Assembly (NCBI GenBank): GCA_951406725.2
Contig: OX597815.1
Coordinates: 159,092,001 to 159,156,000 of the forward strand
Reading direction: 5' to 3'
DNA: 64,000 bases
DNA from: Octopus vulgaris
Taxonomy: Eukaryota
How positions within the stretch are numbered: position 1 is the stretch's first letter; each line of letters begins with the position of its first letter. The position numbers and the translations under genes were made by a program. Under the pieces are notes generated by a model. That model did not search any database, was not told the DNA's origin, and worked only from the letters and a program-made list of their open reading frames with translations. Shown piece after piece: positions 24,092 to 37,843 of the stretch.

Positions 24092-25098
24092 ACATTACAC
24101 TCCAATGCGTGTCATCAATTTTCTCGTCCTATTATTATTGTTGCTGTTGTTGTTGTTGAGTGAGAGAGCAGTGTGTGTCATCAAAGTGTCTTAGTATAAA
24201 AGATGGACCAAAGCAAATATTCTACTCAGTACAATAGATATGTTAGTCAGTTGCTTGACCTCAACCAGTGGAGTATGTACCTTGGTGGCTGAAAATTACA
24301 CAGAAAATTACGCAGTTATCACACAGAAAATTACATCAATATACCAAACTTGAAAATATTCACTTCATTAAACATTTTTTTTAAGTGTTAGTCAAACAGA
24401 TGAGTTCCTATTTTTTCAGTAATTAGTTACCAGGGTTTATCCTCTATTACTGACAAATTCTGAATAGAATGACTATCAGTAACAAACTGCTTTTGTTAAA
24501 TATTGTAGTGGATGTTTTATAAACATTGTTGTCGAATAAGGACTAACAATCTCGGAGTGACTGTCAGTAACAAACCGCTTTTGTTAAATATTGTATTTAG
24601 ACATCGTTATCTAATAAGGTCTACATGACATTGCACTCTTTCAAAGCAGGTAGTCATACCGGAGAAAAACAAAAGCCATAATTCTATTAATAATGAGAGA
24701 AATATTCAAAAGTTCAACGTAGTTGAAAACTAGAGTTTTTAAATTGTTGTTGAAGTCAACAAGCGAGAGTGTATACAGGAACAAATGTCAATACTTTTGT
24801 GGTAAAGGGGGGAAAGAGAGGTGGAAGAGAAAGCTGGGGTGAGTAAAGGGGAAGGAGGAGTTAAGGGAGGGCTGCTAAAAGAAAAAGTGTTGAAGTTTGG
24901 AGAAGATAATATCGGTTCATAACAGAATTTTTTTCTCCAAATTAGTTGTATGTTTATTCACAAGGATTAAAGAAGAATATTCGTTCGCCGGGAATCAATC
25001 ATTAAAATGTAGTGTAGATTTATTAAAGTACAGTATGTTAAAGTACGTTAAAGTAAAGCACGGTAACGAAAATATTGAGATGGATTAATAGAATAATG

Positions 25099-25780
25099 GG
25101 ATCTTTTCTGTTTGGCAGCCACTTTTCAATTTCTTCAATTTTTGCTCCAGTTGATTTCATATTTGATGTGTTGATGTAGTTTTATATGGTAATCATTGAC
25201 ATGGAATTCATTTTCACCATAAATCAATAAATAAAGAGTGAAAATCTTTTAAATTTTGTAAGTTTTGCTTAATTTAAGCCAATCGAAAGCCACTGACGTG
25301 TAGTTGCCTGTCAAGGAGCTGCTTACCCACGTGGTCATTTTTCGCTTATTAAATCTTAAAACACAGGTGGTCGTGAGATGTGCTAAAAATAATAGTTAAA
25401 TAGGCTTTAAATCATTTACCAATTAAACAATTTTTTTGCATAATCGTATGAATTTTCGTGTGTAGAATACAAATTCACCAAAAATTTCTGAAAATTCCCC
25501 AAAATAAATAGTTATGAGGGGTTATATGGCGTGCATAAAGCAGAATTCTGCCAATGTTTCAGTTGTTTGCAGTTGATAACACATGCTGTCAGGCACGAAA
25601 TGATTGCTCCCAAATCCCGTTTTCTGACTGGATAAAAATTATCAAACTTTAAACCTCTGTAACTTTTTTTTTAAATATTTTCTGGAAGAAGTGAATTGGC
25701 CCTTGATATTCAGCGTGGAAAATTACATCAATACACTAAATTTAAAAATTTTCACGGGTGCATCCAAACAGATAAGATCC
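25099..25780. mobile_element. GG-terminal MITE with degenerate 8-bp TSD
   Basis: ggatcttttctgtttgg ... ccaaacagataagatcc; flanks gaataatg / aaataatc. Confidence 0.8.
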
Positions 25781-25838
25781 AAATAATCTTTCAAAAAATA
25801 TAGCGAGTGAAGTAGATTCCATCAAGCTGACAAGCTAC

Positions 25839-25870
<32 letters not shown>

Positions 25871-26959
25871 CGATGACGATGACGACGAGGAGGAGGTGGA
25901 GGATGGTGATGATAGTGATGGTGACATTCGCAGTGATGATGTTAATGTCAACATTAAAAGAATATATTGTTTACGGATTTGATTCAAAATTAATGATTCC
26001 AGAGGCTAGTTTATAGGATGCCATTAAAATGTAAGACTTTGTTGATAGCTTTATCAGCTTAAAAACAAAAACAAAAAGAAAAAGAAAAGAAAAGAAAATC
26101 TTTATATATTTCTTTAGAAAACTAAGAATGGAACTGAAATCAAATCCTTATTAGCTAGCCTCCAGTTGAAATATAGTGGCTGTATCAGACACGTATGAGG
26201 AAGATGTGTTGAGATTTTTCTTTCACAGATATACATTTCAACGTTGGTTTTGTATTTTCTTTTTATAGGCTGAGTGATTGGAAAGATTGGTTGTATAGTA
26301 AGGAACACCGAGACCGTGTGAATGATGTAGGAGGAGATATTGTCAGTGTATTGGAATAAAAACAATCTGAGCTGCAAAAATTAAACATTTGAAAAAAGAT
26401 AAAGAATGGGAAAGGTTTAAGGATGGAGATACATATATAAAAGCAAAAGTGGCAAAATATAAAATAGAATACTTTTACGTACAACTTTAAGATCACTAAA
26501 CGCCATTGAAAACCTCGTTGAGTTAAAATAGTCGGATGTAAGGTTTAACTAAAGAAATGAGGCTCACTTTACGTTGGTGGTTTATGTAAAAAAAGAGGCA
26601 GAAACAACAATCTCCACCACTTTATCTACGGAAAGTATATCAGGGTGGCCCGTCTTCTACAAGAATATTGAAATTCAGTGTAAAGTTGGTTCTTAATGAT
26701 GACTATATCCGTTTCGTATATGTTTCAGGGAGACAGAATTGTGTTTACTGTAAAACAACTCTGATTTAAATATTTAAATCCGTTAATTTTGTGTGATCAA
26801 AGAAGATGAAAGAATTTAGGAGCTCTTAAGTCATGCTGTCTCTTAACAAAATATATTGAGCATTAAACAGGGTAGAAACTACCACAGAATATCTTTTATC
26901 TTTAACAGTTTCAGTCACTGGACTGCAGCCATGCTGGAGCACCACTTTGAAAGGCTTAG

Positions 26960-27510
26960 TCTGGCGCTTGGGTGGTTTGTATTGGCTGCGGCTGTGGTGG
27001 TTTGTATTGGCTGCGGCTGTGGTGTTGACTGTTGAACGGATAAATGAAAATATATTTCTTGGGCTGCGTGTAGAAGTAACTGAAAAACATCCGCGGACAT
27101 GTAATAGAAGATTTCATTATCGTATATAATGTCAAACAGCGCTTGCCGCTTGCCTTTTACAAATACCAACAACAATAATTACATACTGGGACAGGTATAC
27201 TGCTTGGAGTTTTTTGCACAAATACTTGGATTTGTCTGATGTAGTAAGAACCGAGGCAGGTATTGCTCAGTTGCCTTAACATTCTGCATGGCAAGACGCG
27301 AGACGTGTGAATGAGTTGGTCGCTCTTAATGTCCTGCAAAGAGCGAGGGTTCCAAAAGCGATTTTATATGGAGTACAACAAGAGCATTCTAGAAGATTGA
27401 CTCGTGCGATGTTATAACGCTAATTGGTTGCCTAATTGACTGATCACGTGAAACTAATGTGGTTCAGTCGTGATGTACGACCAGTTAGCTGACGGCTTAG
27501 TTTCGAAACA
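26960..27510. promoter_or_regulatory. Putative promoter or CpG-retaining island
   Basis: Apparently non-repetitive and CpG-rich; tandem-duplicated gtttgtATTGGctgcggctgtggtg (two inverted CCAAT boxes), another ATTGG, and TCACGTGA; adjacent to the start of CpG depletion. Confidence 0.45.
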
Positions 27511-28454
27511 CAGCTACAAGTCAAACATACAACCTCAGGGCTTTTTTTTTCTTTGCCGTACCGCTAATTTAAAGGGATGTAAACAAACCAACACCAATGT
27601 GAAGCAGTGGTGAAGAACAAATACGAAGAGACACATGCACGTGCGCGCGCACACACACATACACACACACACCACGGGTTTCTTTTAGTTTCTGTCTACC
27701 AAATTCACTCGCAAGTCTTTGGTTGGCACGAGGCTATAGTAGAAGCTACTTGTCTAAGGTGCCACGCGGTGCGATCGAGCCCAAGACTATTTAATTGGAA
27801 AGCAAACTTCCAACCACACTGCCAAGGCTGCGCCTATATAGTAAAGAAAATTAACAAACTAAAGTTTGAAATAAATAAAAATTATTCTCACTATGTTTGG
27901 GGTGTCTGTAATTAGATTGAAGTACATTTATTTTCCTTCATAGGTGATGGACTGCAACTGTGCACCAGATCCGATGGTTTTATTACAATTTTGATAAACG
28001 TAGTGGTACCTAGAATTTGTAGGGCAAAGCAAAAATACCTTGTGGTATTTAGTTACATTACTTTGCTCTCTGACGTTAATTTTCTCGGTCAACACACAAC
28101 CAACAGTGTTTCATTCGCACAACTCTTCAGACGCAGTGTCTCTCGTTTCCATAGTCGTGCATTGTTCGGCAGCTATCCATCATTGAACAGCTTGCCAGGC
28201 CATCGCGTAAAGATGATGTATCTAAGCATTCTGTCAATTATGTTGGCTTTAGTTCACTGCTTGATCTTACGTTATCTGTTCTGAAAAGATGAAAAGAGAA
28301 GTTGACCTTGGGATTTGAACACAGTCCATAAAGGAACAACTAGTGTTGTCTACGACACTAACTATCCTGTCAAATCACAGCCTTACTCTTTCTGCTGAGT
28401 TCGATTTACCTTTCGTCTTACGAAATTGATACTCTTAGACTTTATATACATATA

Positions 28455-28853
28455 GAGGAGTGGCTGTGTGGTAAGTAGCTTGTTTACCAACCACATGGTT
28501 CCGGGTTCAGTCCCACTGCGTGGCACCTTGGGCAAGTGTCTTCTACTATAGCCACGGGCCGACCAAAGCTTTGTGAGTGGATTTGGTAGACGGAAACTGA
28601 AAGAAGCCCGTCGTATATATGTATATATATATGCGTGTGTGTGTTTGTGTTTGTCCCCCTAGCATTGCTTGACAACCGATGCTGGTGTGTTTATGTCCCC
28701 GTTACTTAGCGGTTCGGCAAAAGAGACCGATAGAATAAGTGCTGGGCTTACAAAAGAATAAGTCTCGGGGTTGAGTTGCTCGATTAAAGGCGGTGCTCCA
28801 GCATGGCCGCAGTCAAATGACTGAAACAAGTAAAAGAGTAAAGAGTAAAAGAG
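28455..28853 (+). mobile_element. SINE family A (CpG intact)
   Basis: Full-length head-to-tail match to family A. Confidence 0.9.
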
Positions 28854-30704
28854 TATATAAATGGGGTGGTCATGGCATGAATCCCTTAGATCGTAATGTA
28901 AGTCTGCTTGATCCAGAGCTAAACAGCTACAAAAAAATGCCATCAATTTTACTATCTTATTTTAGAAAGTAAATCAGACACACAAGCAATGATATTTTTT
29001 TTCAAAGTATGTTAATGAATGGTATTAAGATAATTATTTCCACTGAAGAATATGTAATTTGGGACCGTATTTACATCATGACTCCAACTTTAATCTAAAA
29101 TTGCAACAGATTTGCATGTTAATCTTTTAGAACACTATATTTAGAAACTAGTTCACTATGTCATATAAAGATGGCAGTTTTTAAAATGTTTTTGAAAGGA
29201 AATTTTTTCTACTAATACATTTTTGATGTTTTTCCAATTTCCCTCTAGATTTTGACAGTCTAATCGCTGTTTCTTTCCACTATTTTATATTCTGTGTTTT
29301 TAAGAATTTATTCAAAGTTCAGAAAAAAAAAAAGAAAAAAAAAAAGAAAAAGAGACACAAGTATTGATTGATTAAAAAATATATGATGAAATAACTATGT
29401 ATGATGTCGTCAGCTTCAGCTTATACAAGGTGGATGGATGGAAACATGATACAGAAGCACTTTCTTTTTAAGTTGTAAGACTGATAAGCAGTAATTCCTG
29501 GATTTAACTCTTCTTTGCTACTTTTCTTGAAGTTGTGCCTGATATATGGAAGGATATAACTGACAACTTTATTCAGCTTTAGTGACACCTTACCCATTCC
29601 TCCCATTATTCTAACTAGAATAAATATAAATGTTAACTCTCTTCCAAAGTAGCTGTGTTAAAGTGGCAAGCTGGCAGAATCGCTTGGACATCAAACAAAA
29701 TATTTAGCAGTCTTACATTCTGAGTTCAAATTCCACTGAGGTTTATTTTGCCTTTTATTCTTTCAAGATCGATAAAATAAGTCTCAGTTGAGCACTGGAA
29801 TCAATTTACCCCTCCCCTCAAAATTACTGGCCTTGTGGCAAAATTTCAAAGAACCATGTCCATTAATTTACTACCTACTTAGTGGCTTCATTCAAGACAA
29901 TCTCTTTGTAGCAGTTGGCAATCACACTGTTGCTCCAGTTATTGGCGATAACACCTCTCTCTCTCTACCATGTCATTGACTATGTGACTGACATTACATG
30001 TACTGCTTTGCTGGATATTGTGGGTATTTCAGCAACTATCCCTGATGGCCAAGCTGTTTTCTGTGTCTTTATATCCTTAATGGTTCCTTTGGTCTTATGG
30101 CAGTAAATCTTACTGGGGTTAACTTTACATTTCATGTTTTTTGAAGTGCCAGTATAGAAAAAAAAAGTATTTCTATTGATTTCATTCATTTAATATATTT
30201 GATCAACTGAACTAACCATAAATGGATGAATATTCCACAGACATGTATGTCTGTAAAACCATTCTTGGGTAAAATCAACATGATCAGGCTGGGCCTTCAA
30301 GTCACAAGTTTCATCTGTTCATTTGGCATCCTTACAGTCTCCAACAACCAAATTTTACTCACAGAGAAAAGATTTACCCCTTCAGTGGTATCAGGACTGG
30401 GGCTCATGCTGTGTTAGTTATTTCAGACCAATTTAACTGACCATTTCCTTCCTTCATAATTCTGGCCTTGCCCTTAGTGGGGTGAGCTGCCAAAATTGTT
30501 TGAGAGTTAGAAAAAATACCTTGCAATATTTCTTTTGACACTTTGTTTTGGTGCTTTTCATTTTTCTAGAGTTGATAAAATAAAGTACCAGTCAAGTACT
30601 AGGCTCAATGGTATTAGTTAGCCAGCTTCCCTTAAAACTGCTGGTATTGTGCCTTACTCTTTTACTGTTTTCAGTCATTTGACTGTGGCCATACTGGAGC
30701 AATC

Positions 30705-31230
30705 AAAATTGCCGACATGGCTGATGACAGTACCGCCTGATTGGCACTCGTGCCAGTGGAACCTTAAAAGCACATCCGAACAGGGATATATCCAGCCCAC
30801 TTATGAGTACCCCTCATTCACTGGACAATAAACTTTGTTTGTGAAGACCTATTGAGGCAAGTGTAAACAAACCAAAATCGCTGATGTGGCTGACAGTACC
30901 ACCTGATTGGCACTCGTGCCAGTGGAACATTAAAAGCACATTCAAGCGTGATCATTGCCAGGGCCATAGATTGGCTCCCATGCAGGTAACACACAAAAAC
31001 ACCTTTTCAGCATGAGTGTGGTCATTGCCAGAACTGCCTGACTGGTCTTCATGCCAGTGGCACATAAAAAGCACCCACTACACTCTCGGAGTGGTTGGTG
31101 TTAGGAAGTGCATCAAGCTGTAGAAAATTTGCCAGATCAGATTGAGCCTGATGCAGCCTCTGGCTCACCAGTCCTCAGTCAAACCGTCCAACCCATGCCA
31201 GCATGGAAAGTGGACGTTAAACAATGATGA
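30705..31230 (+). mobile_element. Repeat family E (RTE-associated SINE-like), ending in (GAT)n
   Basis: gtggttggtgttaggaagtgcatc...catgccagcatggaaagtggacgttaaacaatgatga; related pieces at 33450, 41750, 46150, 49240, 50440. Confidence 0.7.
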
Positions 31231-31602
31231 GGATTAAAATATTGTGCACACCATAAAGTCAATGTTCTTTTTTCTAAGAGAGCGCAAAGACTATGTCTAT
31301 ATGTCATAGATAGAGGATGTGTATTTCTGTTGATTGACACACCATGACATTCGTTATATGAGAGTGTATTCTGTATGTGTGTATGCATGTTCATGTCATG
31401 GAAACCATATTTTTGTCATCAAGAAATAACAAACAAAAAATGTGTTAAATCGTTTTCATTAATAAATAGAGGTCCAAATACCACAAACATTTGTACAGCA
31501 AAAGTATGAAAATAAATACACAAAATAAATTAAGACCAAATATATTATTTCTGAGATATTTTGGGTACAAACAAGCATCTCTAGAGTTTCAGTATTATCA
31601 AG

Positions 31603-31676
<74 letters not shown>

Positions 31677-31921
31677 CATACACATACATACATATAAATA
31701 CTTACATACATACATATATATATATACATATATACACACACACACATATATATATGTGCATACACACATATATATGTATATATATATATATATATATCAT
31801 CATCATCATCGTTTAACGTCCGCTTTCCATGCTCATATGTAAATATGTACATACATATATATATACATACACACATGCATATGTATATATAGATATACAA
31901 TAATACATACACACACATGTG

Positions 31922-31957
<36 letters not shown>

Positions 31958-33449
31958 TATATATACATTCACACACATAACATAGGTGCATATATACATA
32001 TAATACACATAATCATAACAGACCTTAACCATTTTATGTCAGTTCGTTTGTATATCAATCCAGTCTGCCTGATGTCAAAAACTTCATGTCAATATATCAC
32101 ATAATCTTTATTCCACATGATATGTGTACATACAACCACCCTTGCTAATGATACTGACCACAACTGGGCAGAAGATTTCTAGTACCATTTTATTCAACCC
32201 CCATGATCATATTCATGTCAATACTCTTCATGTTTGATATAAGCCTGATAATTTTGTCACTGCCAATTTGTTGATTCCATTGAGATATATTCTAATTTCT
32301 CAACACCATTCTTTGGTTCCTAATATATCTTCTGGCTAGTTGGTTAACTGGTTGGCTCTCCTCACTACCTTGGTCAGCAAGCAAGCAGCATTCATCCTTA
32401 TCACATATCAAAACCATTTGCAGCCACGCCTCTTTCCTTCTGCTCATACATCATGATATATATTTTAATATATTGAGCTGGTAGGCGTTGTAGAGAAGAG
32501 ATAATAAACCCTTGGCTAGCCAAATGTGTCTCCTTTTTCGTATTATCAGTTTAGAACATTTCATTCCATTCATGTTGCTGTTTAGTTTAACGTCAGTCTT
32601 GATCAAGGATACTTATGATCAAAGGCATTCCAGCCATGAAAATCTTTATTCATTTATTTATTTATCTATTTATTATTTATGTATTTATTTTAAACCAATC
32701 TTTAATACAGCCTTCTTTTCTGAAGGTGGTGGGTGTGCTTTGAGAGGAAAAAATGTTGCACTATTTCATCAGGTTACGTGTCCACATGGAGACTCTCTCA
32801 TAGGCTTATCTTTTAGCTTTTGTGTGTTTCACTCACTGGACTGCAGCCATACTGGGGCACTGCCGTGAAATACTTTTAGTTGACTGAATTGACCCCAGTA
32901 CTTATTTTGTTTTAAAGACTGGCAATTCATAGTTCTTGCCAAACCACAGAGTCCTAGCGACCTATGCAAACATAACCAACACCTGTTGTCAAGCAGTGGT
33001 GGGGGGACAATTTTAGTTCAACTAAAATTCGTGCTCCAACATGGCCACAGTCTAATAACTGAAACAAATTAAAACTAAAAGATATGTCCAAAGTATCTGA
33101 GCTGTGGATCCCCTCAATGTGGAGAACTAGTGGCTTGACCTGGAGGGACTCCTTGATCTCTGAATTATGCTCCCTGTTGAGTAATTTTACTCTAGAGCTC
33201 CTTCATAGGAATCCCATTTTGGTTGCTTGTATACTCTTTCAGTTATTACACAGCTTTCATAATAATTGCAAACTGAATTGAAGATAGCAAGTTTGGGTTC
33301 TTACCAACCTCTCCTCTTTGGAGAATTGACTGCTGGAACTGGCACTCTACTGGGCCACAGCTTGAAATTCTAGCATCCAATTCAGCCACCTACCTCTCAC
33401 CACTTGTGAAGGTCCTGAGATACTTAGACTTCTCCTCTTAGCAATTTAT

Positions 33450-33905
33450 CATCATCATCATTTAGTGTCCGTTTGCCATGCTGGCATGGCTGGGACTTGG
33501 TAAGCCAGACAACTGCATCAGGTTCCAGTGTTTTGGCTTGATGCCCTTCCTAATGCCAATCACTCCATACTGTGTACTAGGTGTCTTTTATGTATCACCT
33601 GCCTTGGTGCCTTTTAAGTGTCACTGGCACAGGTACCTGTTATGTGTCACTGGCATGGGTGCCTTTTGCATGTCAATGGCTCAGGTGCATTCTCTGTGTC
33701 ACTGGCATAGGTGCCTTTTGCATGACACTGGCATAGGTGCCTTTTGCATGACACTGGCACAGGTGCTTCACTTGTGTCACTGGTATAGGTGCCTCACATG
33801 TGTGCCACTAATACAGGTGTCTTTCATGTGTCATCAGCACTGGCCACAACTATGATTTCGCTTAGCTTGACATATCTTCTCAAGTACAGCAAATTGCCAG
33901 AAGTC
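33450..33905 (-). mobile_element. Repeat family E with internal ~25-30-bp tandem units
   Basis: gtgtcactggcat(a/g)ggtgccttt repeated about 9 times. Confidence 0.7.
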
Positions 33906-33919
33906 TTGGTCACCTATCA

Positions 33920-35205
33920 TTACCTTGCGTGCATAAGCCAAAGCAGGGTATTGTAATCACTAATCTTTGTGTGTTTGCAAAATTACTGGAAAATGGGTGA
34001 ACGGATTTTCACCAAGTTTGGCAGAAATACTCATTGGGTGAGTGGCTTGAAATGATGAAAATTTGGTTTGATTATCTTCAAACATACATGAATACATACA
34101 TAGATATGAGACTGTGGTGACTGAGTGTGTGTGTGTGTGTGTGCGCATGCTAATGCGTGTACAGTCATGGATTTGACAGCTTTGTTTATTTATGAGTTGA
34201 TTTCTTAATTTCAACAGAGTATAAATACCTAGAATGGTGAAACACTTCTCAAATTCTAATACTTTCTATAAGTATTTCATTTTGCTCACTTTCTTTTGCA
34301 TATGAATTGACCCACATCTATGTGTGTATAGCTCATGGTGTACCTATGCACGTAGATACATGTGCATACATACATAGATATGCGACTGTGTGTGTGTACA
34401 GTGATGGATTTGAGGGTTATGTTTATTTACAAGTGGATTTCACTAGAGTATAAATACCGATAATAGTTGATACTTGAAAAAAAAAATGAAACTTACGAAT
34501 TTCTTGATAAGCAAGTGGTCATATTATTTATATCCTACAATGAACTACAGTATGTTTTATTCACCTGCCATCATTGAAAGATGTTGAAAACACTTAAGTT
34601 GTATGCAATATTTCTATAAGTATTGTGTTTTGTTCACTTTCTTTTCCATATGAATTGATCCTCATCTGCATGTGCATAGATCATGGTGTACCTATGCACA
34701 TAGACACATGTGGGTACATACATACAGAGGTATGCAACTCTGTATGTGTATGTGTGTACAGTGATAGATTCGAGGGTTTCATTTATCTATGAGATGATTT
34801 CTTAATTTCACCAGAGTATAAATACCTATAACAGTGAAACACTTCTCAAAGTCTATGCAATATTTTCTATAAGTATTTCATTTTGTTCACTTTCTTTTTC
34901 ATATGAACTGACCCTCGCCTGTGTGTGTATAGATCTTGGTGTATCTCTGCACATAGACATGTGTGGGTACATACACACATATATAAATACATGCAGATAT
35001 GCACCTCTGTGTGTGTGTATGTACAGTGATAGATTCAAGGGTTTCGTTTATATACGAGTTGATTTCTTAAATTCACCTATAATGGTGATACTTAAAAAAA
35101 GATAATTCAGTTCAATAAAAAAACATGGGTAAGCAACACTATAATTTCTGAAAAAGTTTATCTGTGCGCAGGGTATGCATTGCCCATCTGATGCCCCCTT
35201 TTTTT
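33920..35205 (+). mobile_element. Helentron-associated (DINE-1/HINE-like) element with central tandem repeats
   Basis: 5' subTIR taccttgcgtgca with nearby inverted gcagggta; about four 260-350-bp tandem units; 3' subTIR tgtgcgcagggta, short hairpin, T-run. Confidence 0.65.
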
Positions 35206-35452
35206 ATTGCCGCTGTGACACTCAACATCTGGAGATCATATTTCACCACTTTATCCAACATATTTCTGGGTTTGCCTCTTCCACAGGACCTCTTCACAAT
35301 TAGAGATTGGCACTTCTTTACGCAGCTGTCCTCAAATTTAAAATCTCATACATCCTTAACAATTATTTGACCAGAGTTGACTGATAGTGAAACAAGAAAA
35401 AAAGTAAAAGGTAAAAAGAGAAAAACATACAACAGGCATTTGGTAAAAATAG

Positions 35453-35458
35453 TTTATT
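35453..35458 (-). terminator. Polyadenylation signal of the TSEN54-like gene
   Basis: AATAAA about 73 nt after the stop codon, followed by a GT/T-rich downstream element. Confidence 0.65.
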
Positions 35459-35530
35459 TCCATCATGCATACATAAGAACTTCCCAATGTGTTTCCCTGA
35501 TGCTCTAACATATTATAAAACAAGTGACAT

Positions 35531-35684
35531 TCAACTGAGTGCTTCTTTTGGGATAGTGAAGCCTTGGAATGTATAGAATGCCAGTTCACCATTGTCCGAA
35601 AAGGCCCAGTTGATAGGTACTTGATCACTAAGTGACCTGGTAAGCTGGATGAAATCTGCCAAACTTGGAGGTTTGTCATCAAAC
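35531..35684 (-). CDS. TSEN54: Terminal coding exon of tRNA-splicing endonuclease subunit Sen54
   Basis: Strong pyrimidine tract and CAG acceptor, phase 2. FDDKPPSLADFIQLTRSLSDQVPINWAFSDNGELAFYTFQGFTIPKEALS* resembles the recalled human TSEN54 C-terminus (FDEPVPDL..L...[27 protein letters not shown]). Confidence 0.85.
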
Positions 35685-35744
35685 CTGAAAAAAGAAAAAG
35701 CAAAAACATCAGATGTTGTTAATAACAACAACAACAACAACAAT

Positions 35745-35965
35745 AATAATCCTTTCTACTACAGGCACAAGTCCTGAAATTTTGGGGGAGGAGTAAGTTG
35801 ATTACATTGACCTCAGTACTCAGCTGGTACTCAATTTATTGACCCTGAAAGGATGAAAGGCGAAGTCGACCCTGGCAGAATTTGAACCCAGAGCATAAAG
35901 ACGGATGAAATGCCACTAAGCATTTTGCCTGGCATGCTAACAATTCTGCGACCGTGGCGCCTCGT
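35745..35965 (-). mobile_element. SINE family B
   Basis: Reverse complement of the family B sequence. Confidence 0.85.
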
Positions 35966-35966
35966 A

Positions 35967-36000
<34 letters not shown>

Positions 36001-37802
36001 TATGTTTCTCTCTGTCTCACACACACATGCACACAAATCTCTCTTCACTTTCTTTTCCTATGTTATAAATCTTTGAAATGTAAAAGCTAATAGCTATAAG
36101 GCAGTATCTCCAAGAAAGAGGTAATTCGGTATTATAATGAAAGGTCTAAGCATCAGCAGAGAAAGTAAATATTTAGAGAAAAATCTTCAAATCTAAGTCA
36201 TTAGACAACATTTTTCGGTGAAAGTAATTTTTTGGTATGCCCTCTAATGTTAGCATCCATTCGTAAGTTTAGATTTAAACTGACAGAAAATGGACTGACC
36301 TGACCATTTCCATTGATCTCAAACCAAAAACAAGATTTTTCTCCTTACCAAAGCTATTTTTGTGTCAAAGTTGAAGTGAACAAAAAGTTGGTGTATTGAA
36401 TATAAAAGTAATTGGAAATAAAGAGCTTGGATGAAAAATGTGACATAAATAATAGGCTGATAAGTAGGAGGCAACAAAGATGATAGAGATACATGAGGCG
36501 GGGGGGGGGAGGGGGTAGGTGGCCAAGTGCACTGTAAGTAGATATAGATAACAAAGATTTGGAATGAAGTGAGGGAGGAAATGTCTAAACAAGAACTTTC
36601 ATAGTCAGTATTGATTAAACTCTGATATACTTTATTTCTCAGTCCCCACAAACAAGACATCTATGTTTAATGCCCTAGGGGGTTATACTCTAAGCAAGTG
36701 GGTGGTCAAAACCTTTATAGGACCACACAAATCATGGATGAGATATGAGCCTATTTGGTCTTTAGATAGACATCATCACACATTCCAGTATTAAAATAAT
36801 TCAACAATGCTGGGTGGTGAGCTATGTGTTGCTTGAGAGGAGGGGTGATTTGAGAATTGAATTGTTTAAAGAGGTGAATGGGTAGAATCATGAAACAAAA
36901 CTGGGGTGGGGGAAGAAAGAAAGAAAAATAGGGAAAAGGAACAAAAACTGATTATATTTTTTCTCTAGGGTTGAGCACACTTTTGTGGAATGTTCTAAAT
37001 TCTAGTCCTAAAACCATTTCTATGTTTCATTATAATTTTCTTTTTTTTTTTTGTTTCCTCTCTTTTAAATTTGTCTGTGTTGTTTATTCCAGACACTTAA
37101 CAAGAACATAAGTGGAATACAAATAAATAAATCAATTGGACAATTGAAAAGTTCACAATCTACAAGAGTAGACAAATGAAAAGAGACAAAAACAATCATT
37201 TCATTTTGTTGGCATCTGAAGATGTCAGTGTTAGTATAAGTCATAGTAAGACTGGGTCCTCTGGCCAAGAAAAAAAAAAGTATTAAGAGATTGATTACAT
37301 AGTAAAAGCTTAGATCTTTATCAAATGTCAAAACAAATTACATGTTTTAATCATTATAATTTTATTTGTCATAAAAGTAAAAATAAATCCCATATTTTGC
37401 TACTTAAATTCATAACATCACCTCCTATATCTCAATGGCTGTATTAAACACAATTTAAGATTTACTATACTAACTGTCTTAACCGAAGATTTCATGTAAA
37501 CACTGTGAGTGTCAAGGCCAGTATAACTGAAAACTATTTAATAAGAGGAATAAACAGCCATTAAACTACAAAACATGAGTTATTGAGAAAATTATGATGT
37601 CAGAAAATAAACCAATCAGTGAAATCTCAGCCTCTCTATAGCATATTTCAATAGACAGGCACATACACATATGTATAAATGGACTGAAGATTCTCACTCT
37701 GAATGAAACTACTAGCACTGTGAGGTTTTGAACCTTCCAATACAACTACATTCAGTTTCGTTTGTCATTGTCAGAGGTGGTAGTATCTATTACACTAAGG
37801 TA

Positions 37803-37840
<38 letters not shown>

Positions 37841-37843
<3 letters not shown>

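Noticed and set aside
25848-25940. Acidic (GAT/GAC/GAG)n run that looks like a D/E-rich coding segment
   Set aside because: No supporting ORF or splice context; consistent with the abundant trinucleotide microsatellites
29421-29614. Minus-strand ORF with an acceptor-like site (RIMGGMGKVSLKLNK...FKKSS...)
   Set aside because: No recognisable homology; phase 1 is incompatible with the phase-2 TSEN54 terminal exon; it lies beyond the poly(A) signal. A BLASTx search could still overturn this
31575-31605. Possible hammerhead remnant on the minus strand (TTGATAA-tact-GAAAC-TCTAGA-GAT)
   Set aside because: No stem II and no valid NUH cleavage site
33590-33850. Regularly spaced ~25-30-bp repeats resembling a CRISPR array
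   Set aside because: Degenerate tandem units without unique spacers, inside a eukaryotic interspersed repeat; no cas genes
37684-37712. CTGAAGA...GAAAC hammerhead-like core
   Set aside because: No convincing stem III, cleavage triplet or stem I could be formed
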